This document shows, piece after piece, positions 55,991 through 64,000 of a stretch of 64,000 nucleotides of DNA. The stretch is from Eledone cirrhosa (taxonomy: Eukaryota): positions 6,510,001-6,574,000 of the forward strand of contig OZ024746.1 in assembly GCA_964016885.1 (NCBI GenBank), read 5' to 3'. The notes beneath the pieces are model-generated. The model was not told where the DNA came from. It saw only the letters and a program-made list of their open reading frames with translations, and made no database searches. The position numbers and the translations under genes are program-made. How positions within the stretch are numbered: the stretch's first letter is position 1; each line of letters starts with the position of its first letter.

Positions 55991-56682
55991 AGGGCATAAA
56001 TGTGACATAATCTTAATTATTCTTTACTATATTTATAGAGACTTTCGTAAGATGAATTATTTTATTTAAAAATCATGGAAACAATTTTCGTTTTACAGAT
56101 TATGCTATACTTTAAGTTGTGAAAACTTAAAACTTTATAAAACTTTATAAACTTTTCTTAAACTTTCTTCCCACGACATATGTTTCAGATTCACGTGGTT
56201 ACAAAACTTAAGGTAGTTGCAATTATGCACTTTTATAAATTAGATTTCTATTGCATTCTACAAATCTGATGAAAGTTTAATAAAATAATTCATTTGTTCA
56301 ATATTATGAAAGAGCCGTCGTAAGATAGGTTGAAGTTTTTCCCATCTCTTTTATCGTGTATTGACGTAGGTTTGTCATGTCTTGACGTACGTAGTTAAAT
56401 GTCAACCCACATTAAAAGCAAAAATAAAACATGTTAAAAACATACAAACACCCGAGGAGAAAAGTTTGAATTTTCTAAGATAAATTATCACTAAATTACT
56501 ATTTCAATTGAATGGTAAGGATAAGGAAATGAATTCAAACCTTTAATTGAAAGATTATGAGAATGGTTAATCAAATTTTCTTAGATATAAAAATATTTCT
56601 ATGATTTCATTTATCAGTATTATGACAGTAATAGTAAGAAAGTGAAATTAGCATAGAAAAGATTTCAATTTTAAATACGCAC

Positions 56683-56830
56683 TTCCTTCAGCTGAGTAAA
56701 CTTCTGCAACTGTAGAATTTGGTCCAAATCCAAATAAGTTAAATGCTTGTACTTTGACTTCATATTTTGTGTAAAAGTTTTGTGATCCAACTAACAGAAA
56801 CAATTCTTCTGCATCCTTATTTGTGATGTG
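56683..56830 (-). CDS. Contactin-like FN3 protein, internal exon A (HITNKDAEELF...YEVKVQAFNLFGFGPNSTVAEVYSAEG)
   Basis: Acceptor ttcttgaag, donor gtgcgt; 148 nt, phase 0 to 1; FN3 F/G-strand motif YxVxVxAxNxxGxG. Joins exon B in frame (SAEG-M-PKV). Confidence 0.88.
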
Positions 56831-57185
56831 CTTCAAGAAATACACAAAAACATTTAGATAATGAAGAATGAATTGTGGTAAAAATGCACAAAATGATTTT
56901 TTTTTTTTTCTTTTGGTTTATAATCAGATTTATAGCTTTATATATAATTCACTGTTAAATGCTACAGAATTATAATTGGTTTCACAAGGGATTTTTTTCT
57001 TTTTCTGTCTATCTGAAAACAGATAGCTCTCAAGGTTGAATGTTGCTATTTTATGCATTTAAATATCTTATACTCTTGAGTCAGAAAATGTTATCACTGC
57101 CTTAATTCAACTAAAGTTTACCAAATCCCAATAACGTAAACTGCAACAAAAGAAGTGTGGAAGAACTTTTGGAGCAACTAAGTTG

Positions 57186-57560
57186 TTATTATTATTATTA
57201 TTGTTGTTGTTGTAATTTCGTTTAGATCTGTTGTTTCTCTATTGCCGGGTTCAAGTCTGATGATTTGGGTATAAATTTTAGTGCTCCTATTACCACAGTG
57301 ATAGTGTTTGTGGTCATCTTCCACATGGGTTGATCTCTATTTCCAGCTCTTTGTATTTTGACAGATTTTCCATTGTTTTTACAGATGTTTTTCTTGTCAG
57401 CTGGTACAGAAATATCTATAAGGTTACATGTCCCATCTGTTTTGTTTTATGATTATATCAAGTCTGTTTGCAGCGATTTCTCGGTCAGTTATCACAGGCA
57501 TATCCCACAAGATGGATATGTTGCTATTATCCATTCTCGAGGTGGGTGACAGGCAGATGC
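57186..57560 (-). mobile_element. Decayed 3' fragment of an R4/Dong-like LINE
   Basis: Minus strand reads ILWD....NRLDII and KYKELEIEI remnants; ends in (TTA)n/(TTG)n. Confidence 0.7.
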
Positions 57561-57789
57561 AATATAGAAAAGACTGAAAGAGGTTTGGTCTCTGTCTTCT
57601 GAGACATTTTTGCCCATTACTGTCATTGCCAGAATTTGGCTGTTTTAACGGCTGTTCTAGAGATGAGTTTTCTCATTTTTATACGAACTGGCAAAAACAC
57701 AAAGGAAAACTCTTAAATTCCTTTACACTTTGCTGAGCAGATGGACTTTTCAGATGACATGAGCCGGGAACCAATAGGAAAAGCAGCCA

Positions 57790-58010
57790 TGAATACTTCT
57801 GAAAGTGGAATTTTGGCGATGTCTGCAACTAGAAAATAATTCTGTTTTAAGATTAATAGAGTTTTGACAGTTAATTATATAATAAATGTCCTCGATACAC
57901 AAGTTACAGAATCTTGAGAAAGCCATATTTCGGTGTGCAGGTGCTTTCAAAATCGTTCCCCAAGATATTGAATAGTCTACATTGTTGTCTTTTAACTTCC
58001 AAATTAAATT
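57790..58010 (-). mobile_element. Penelope-like GIY-YIG C-terminal fragment
   Basis: IWKLKDNNVDYSISW...FCNLCIED and ELFSSCRH parallel the 30802 ORF end. Confidence 0.72.
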
Positions 58011-58786
58011 AAATGTGAAGTGGAAGATTTTTTTTTCGTCTTCCTACTTATTTTTTTTTTTTTTTTTGCTTCTTCCTACTTATACATACATATATCCTAA
58101 TTATTTAAATTCTGCATAGCTCTAAAAATAACGTTTTTTCAGCCCTATACTTCAACTTCATTTGCATATTCATCTTAATAATTTGAAATATCTGACTTTT
58201 CATCTCTTTTCCTTCACTATCCAGGAAAACTTGAATGGTTAAGGTATTTATTTTTTGGTTATGTCAAAATTTATAAAACAAACATTGTATTTTATCTGCT
58301 GAGAGCGTACCAAAGTTTTGGTACTCTTGAAATATATATAATAGAATAAATATGGTTTATAAATATAGTTTCCATTTATTTTATATCATTGAATATTATA
58401 CTCTAGAAATCTGTCGAGTGCTCTGAATCAGTTATAAACATTTATATTTGTTGAATTACCAACAAATTGAATATCCCTTTTGCTTATATATATATATTGA
58501 GATATAGTTACGGCATGTACACATTTCTTCTAAGTTTGAATTTACACCAAATTGTGTATGGTTGATTGTATATTTGTCAGTTTCTACATGCTGTCGAAAT
58601 GTTGGATAAATACTCTATTGAGGCCACCGCGAAGAGGCCACTTTCGTTTGTTTGTCGGAGATTTCTTCATAGGAGCCTTTATCCTTATAGCTTGGTTTAA
58701 TTGATTTTTTATATGGTTAATTATGCTGATTGGCAGAGGAAATGATATATATTTTATTTATCTAATGATTCTATAGACATGATTTA

Positions 58787-58823
<37 letters not shown>

Positions 58824-59048
58824 GATAAAACCAGTTTAAAACTAGTTAAACAATTACTCAACAGAGTACTCGATACTTGGGGTAGTAGTGTGTGGCTATA
58901 TTATAAAGTGTCGGGACCTGATAGCTGAGGTATTGCCGTTTCAAAAGCTAATTCCTGACTCTAGAACTAGCTGTTGAAACGGCAACAGCTCAGCCGTCGG
59001 GTCCCGACACTTTATAATATATATACACACACACATACACACACACAT

Positions 59049-59162
<114 letters not shown>

Positions 59163-59200
59163 ATATAAGATCAAAAGATGGTTAAAAGAGTTCCATGTAT

Positions 59201-59266
59201 TTTATTATGCGCATTTCAAAAACAAATATCATCATGGGATGATATTTGCATTCTCATCAGATAAAA
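59201..59266 (-). ncRNA. Type-I HHR with an 11-bp perfect hairpin in stem II
   Basis: TTTTAT-CTGATGA-GAATG CAAATATCATC CCAT GATGATATTTG TTTT-GAAA-TGCGCA-TA-ATAAAA. Confidence 0.82.
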
Positions 59267-59421
59267 TAGAGAAACATGATATGAAGCTTAAAGAACACTT
59301 GCGAGCAGTATTAAAATAACAGATTAAAGTTTAACCAAAGAATCGGTGCTTTCATATTTATATATATATATATCAATAATATTAATAAATGGAAACTATA
59401 TTTATAAAACCATATTTATTC

Positions 59422-59469
<48 letters not shown>

Positions 59470-59470
59470 A

Positions 59471-59564
<94 letters not shown>

Positions 59565-59583
59565 CTTATATATATATATATAT

Positions 59584-59648
<65 letters not shown>

Positions 59649-59999
59649 TCGGAGAGGAACTTTCTACATGCAAAACTCATGCCCACTTGTGGTAGATCTT
59701 TACCCTTTTCAACAATATGATTTTTCTATCCGCTTGCTGTTGCTGCTGTCGTCAATGTCGGGATCTTTATTCCTGAGTCAGTCCTAATCAAATACGTTCG
59801 AGTCGTGATCAACCCTGTCTTATATAAGGACAGCATTGACTATGTATCCTTCTGTATTTACGAGGGTAAGATGTGAATTGAGAGAAGTTAGGCTTCACGA
59901 GCAAACGCTTAAATAATTCCTTGTCGCTGTGTAGTATAAATAACAAATGTGGTGGAAGGCAGGATCGCTTCAGTGTCCGATTAAAATCTTGCATTATTT

Positions 60000-60545
60000 A
60001 GGTTTATCGACCCCGTAATTATATTATGGGGTCGTTAAAATAAAGTACCAGTAACGAACTGGGGTCGATTTAATCAACTTTTCTCTCCCCCAAATTCTTG
60101 GCTTTGTGTCTAAATCAAAAACGATAATTTAGTTAGTACCTATATATTTAGGGTTCATGTTGATGGTTTAGTTATCATCTTTAGTCACTGGAGAATTCCC
60201 TTCAATCACTGTACTTTACCTTTGTGGCCTTGTGTCAATATTAAATGGTCCCGAGTCTCCTGATAGAGTCGTAATAGCGCCATATTGATATACGGCGTTT
60301 CTTGTGTAAAACCTGGAGAATCCCGTACCTCTCCAAGTTGGAATACAGCAGATTTCTTTCAGAGAAGGAGAAATAATAAGAGAATGGAAGTGAGAAAAAG
60401 ATATAGAGGAAGAATCGACCCCAGTATTAGACTGGTACTTTTTTACCGACTTTGAATGGTTGAAAGGCAAAGGTAACCTCGGTGGGATTTGAACTGAGAG
60501 CAGAGAGTCAAAACAATGCTCTAACAACTTTAACAATCCTCCGCC
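60000..60545. mobile_element. Two older SINE remnants (+ ~60005-60125; - ~60412-60545)
   Basis: Diverged core motifs ggggtcg..aaaataaagtacca and tgaaaggcaaag. Confidence 0.6.
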
Positions 60546-61105
60546 TTGTGTCAATATCATACATTAATAAATTATAATAATTGAATTAGTATGTATTGAT
60601 TAGTATTTGAAGATAACAGCAATTTATTTACACGTGATAGATTAGAGGAAACTAGTATTTTAGACTTTTAGAATAACTATGATGTACGTGGTGAAATAAA
60701 ATTCCAAAAATATCATTAATCTACTGAGGAGTATTAGATATGTACGTATGCAAATACCTAATCTCATTGATTTTTATCGAATTACCATTTTTTAATTTAA
60801 TGCTTACAATCAACTGAATGTATAGTAAACTGTGTTATAAATCGCAAAACATTATGAATATATATTTCTATTATGTTATCTTGCATTCTTCTTCTTTAAG
60901 GACAGATTTTTACAAACAAAAGTATTGAGTGTGATAAGTTACTCTGAATATAATGGCCTTAAGCTTCTTAATACAACTAAATTATATTGTTGAATTATAT
61001 AACATTGAAACTGCATTTCTGGTTTAATCGAGATTACACAAAAATCTGTGATTTTAATAAACATAAGTAGCAGAATTTTAAAATATTCTCTTGAAAGTTC
61101 ATACA

Positions 61106-61180
<75 letters not shown>

Positions 61181-61594
61181 AGTGTGTGTGTGTCTGTCTG
61201 TCTATTCTATTCGTTGCTCATACAAACATCATACCAACAGAAATATTTAATTCTCCGTTGTACAAACCGTCTGGTACTTTTAGTTAAATCGTCGAAACCA
61301 CAGCTGGTCTAAAAGCTGATACATGTTTGTGCATGTCATAGATATAGATAATTTCCAATTTTGAAACTAGGTGTGCCATTCAAAAAGACAAACGGGCCGC
61401 AGTTTACCCATGACTGATAATAGATAAATAGAACTATGACTATAGGAGTATGAGAAATATGTTTGTAAAGCTGTGATAATAAGCATATATTCTGGGAATG
61501 TATAGAATACTGGACATACATAAATGTAATATTCATCAATATATGGTATAATTTCTCTCTCGTTTATTAAACAAAAACCGTGTGAATGAAAACA

Positions 61595-61870
61595 AACAAA
61601 CACACACGCACAAACACATATGCGTATGTACACACACACGTACGCACACACTCACAAACACACGTACACACACATACACATACACATATACAGACAAACA
61701 CACACGCGCACGTACACACACACACGTACGCACACACTCTCACACACACGTACACACACATACACATACACATGTACGTACGTACACACACACGTACGTA
61801 CTCACTGACACACACGTACACACACACGAGTACACACACACACGTACACACACACACACGTACACCCATA
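61595..61870. repeat. (CA)n tract interspersed with CGTA
   Basis: Seen directly; one of dozens of (TA)n/(CA)n/(TG)n tracts in the window. Confidence 0.9.
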
Positions 61871-62391
61871 GGTACATATATATATAAAGGCACTTACTAT
61901 TTTCCAGAGAAGATATTTGCTACTCATTCTTCGCCAATATACGATGTATCCTATACCCTTGCCACCTTGCTCAGCAAGTGTCAGAGGCTAGAAGAAACAA
62001 AAATGTGTCGTTAAGAAATAGAAATTTAGTAAAATATATTCTGCCCACAAAGAGAGCTATAGTCAAAAGCTATTTATATCAAACACAATGACTGAATCAG
62101 AAAACATTACTATTATATATATATGTGTGTGTGTGTGTGAGTGTGTGGGTGTGTAATATTCAAAATATTAATAAATGAGAAATATTATCATAACCAAAGT
62201 ATAATATTTATAAATATTTATATTTGTTATATCTGTATATAAAAAGTTAAGTATTGATTAAAACTAGAGTATGTAAGTTTTATTACATCTATTATTATTA
62301 TTGTTATCATTATTATTATTGTTGTTGTTGTTGTTGTTATTACTATTATCATTATTATTAAAATAAAGAAATCATTATTATTATTATTATT

Positions 62392-64000
62392 ACAGTTGCA
62401 TTTAGCTTGTTTTATGTTCATACTAATTATCACCAAGTCACAACCAGTCACTTCAAGAGACAACAAGGTCCGCCATGTTCAAGAAAGAACATACATACAC
62501 ACGCATGCATCTTTAGGTGTTTAGACTTGTGATGTACTTATATTGACAGAATCTTCCTTAGTATATGGGCAGTTCCCATTAGCACTATTTTTTGTATTTC
62601 TCCTATACGCGGGTTTCCTGGGATTTGCGATAAGTAATCATTAGACCTCTTAGGTATCATTCCTAGAGCGCCTACAACCACTGGTATTGTTTTAGTTCTC
62701 AATTTCCACACTTTTCCAATTTCTATCTCCAGGTCCTTATACTTGCTCAATTTTTCAAATGTTTTTATAGATACATTCTTGTCTGTTGGAACGGACATAT
62801 CAATTAGCAGGCATACCCTCTTTTTAAAGTCCTTCAGTATTATATCAGGTCTATTTACATCTATTTTTCGGTCTGTTTGAATGCTAAAGTTCCACAAGAT
62901 TGAGATGTGATCTTTTTCAAGTATGGGAGGTGGTTGATGCTCCCACCAATTCTTTTGATGGGGCAGGTCAAAATGCTTACACATTATCCAATGTATGTAT
63001 TGTGCAGCTCTGTCATGCCTGTTTAGGTATTCGGTTGGAGCTATAGGACTGCACATTGAAATTATATGATCAATGGTCTCTGGTTGTTTTTTACATACAC
63101 GGCATAATGGGTTGCATCCATTTTTTATTATGTTGGCTTGGTAATTTTTTGTTGGCAGACACTGATCTTGTGCTGATATAATCAGTCCTTCAGTCCCAGA
63201 TTTCAGTCCAGAGGATGCCAACTACTGATGGGTTAAAGTTTGGTCAACATCAGGATTGTTAGCTCTTTCTGGGTATTTTCCATACAGAGGCTTTTCTTGC
63301 CATTTCTTAGCCAGTTTCTGTAGCAGTTCTTTCTTTGAAGTTACTTTTACCTGCTTTGCTTTTTCTGTGTTTTCCATTTCAGCAGTAAATGGGACTTCTG
63401 AAATTTGTAGCCCATTACTGTATCTTTGTGCATCTTTTGAAATGGAATATGATCTTTAGATGCTTAAGTGTTTCAAAACGAGTTTGATCATCCAATCATG
63501 TGCCTCCCTTAGATATGTAGATAATCCAATTGTTGCAGTTTTCAACGCAATATCTAACTGGATTAACCCACGTCCTCCTTCTTTCCTAGGGAGATATATT
63601 CTATCTGTATCTGCCTTAGGGTGATGTATTCTGTGCATGGTTAAGAATTTTCTAATTTTTGTATCGAGCCTACGGATCTCTGTGCTTGACCGGTTGATGA
63701 CATTGTAACTGTAGGTTACTACTGGTATGGCAAGCGTGTTTATGGCATCGATCCTATTCCTTGCATTCAATTCCGTTCTTAAGATTGCTCTTACTCTGCG
63801 GTAACATTCCTTCCTTATCCTTTCCCTCATTGTCGAATTTTTGATTCCGCCTCCTTAACAAACACCTAGATATTTGTAAGTTTCCTCTTGGTTAAGTTCT
63901 CTTATCACATTCCGCCGATCAAGATTAATGTCTGAACTTTTCAGCAATTTTCCTCTGGTGAACGTTGCTTTGGCGCATTTATCTAGTCCAAACTCCATTT
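62392..64000 (-). mobile_element. Second R4/Dong-like LINE, 3' part, disrupted; runs off the window end
   Basis: ORFs 63456-63830 and 62538-63221 (LYLPRKEGGRGL-like, CRVC..HIISMC, RHD, RPDII..D) separated by stops; 3' end abuts (TTA)n at ~62375-62392. Confidence 0.88.

Noticed and set aside
60216-60340. Possible upstream exon (AG...FYTRNAVYQ...GT)
   Set aside because: No FN3 or Ig signature, the phases do not fit exon A, and it lies among SINE remnants with a flanking direct repeat.

Overview
AT-rich, microsatellite-saturated animal genomic DNA; the SINE families and (TA)n/(CA)n load suggest an octopus/cephalopod (inference). One host gene is visible: five phase-compatible minus-strand exons (56830 down to 40586) encoding the last fibronectin type-III repeats of a contactin-like adhesion protein; its upstream and terminal exons were not found. 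The rest is mobile DNA: a Dong/R4-type LINE with a stop-free but 5'-truncated ORF (RT + CCHC + REL endonuclease) in a (TAA)n tract plus two decayed relatives, about ten Penelope-like (RT/GIY-YIG) fragments, RTE and CRE-like remnants, mariner pieces, about 15 tRNA-derived SINEs, two minisatellites and a tRNA-Tyr pseudogene. The main hidden signal is over 30 type-I hammerhead ribozyme (HHR) motifs from many unrelated repeat families, mostly in the first 35 kb. They include tandem 424- and 472-bp retrozyme-like units, head-to-head palindromic pairs, palindromic stem III in most families, a recurrent U3-A8 core variant and a shared GAGTRCT motif before the (TA)n junction. All RNA folds were done by eye, activity is untested, and element boundaries are approximate.
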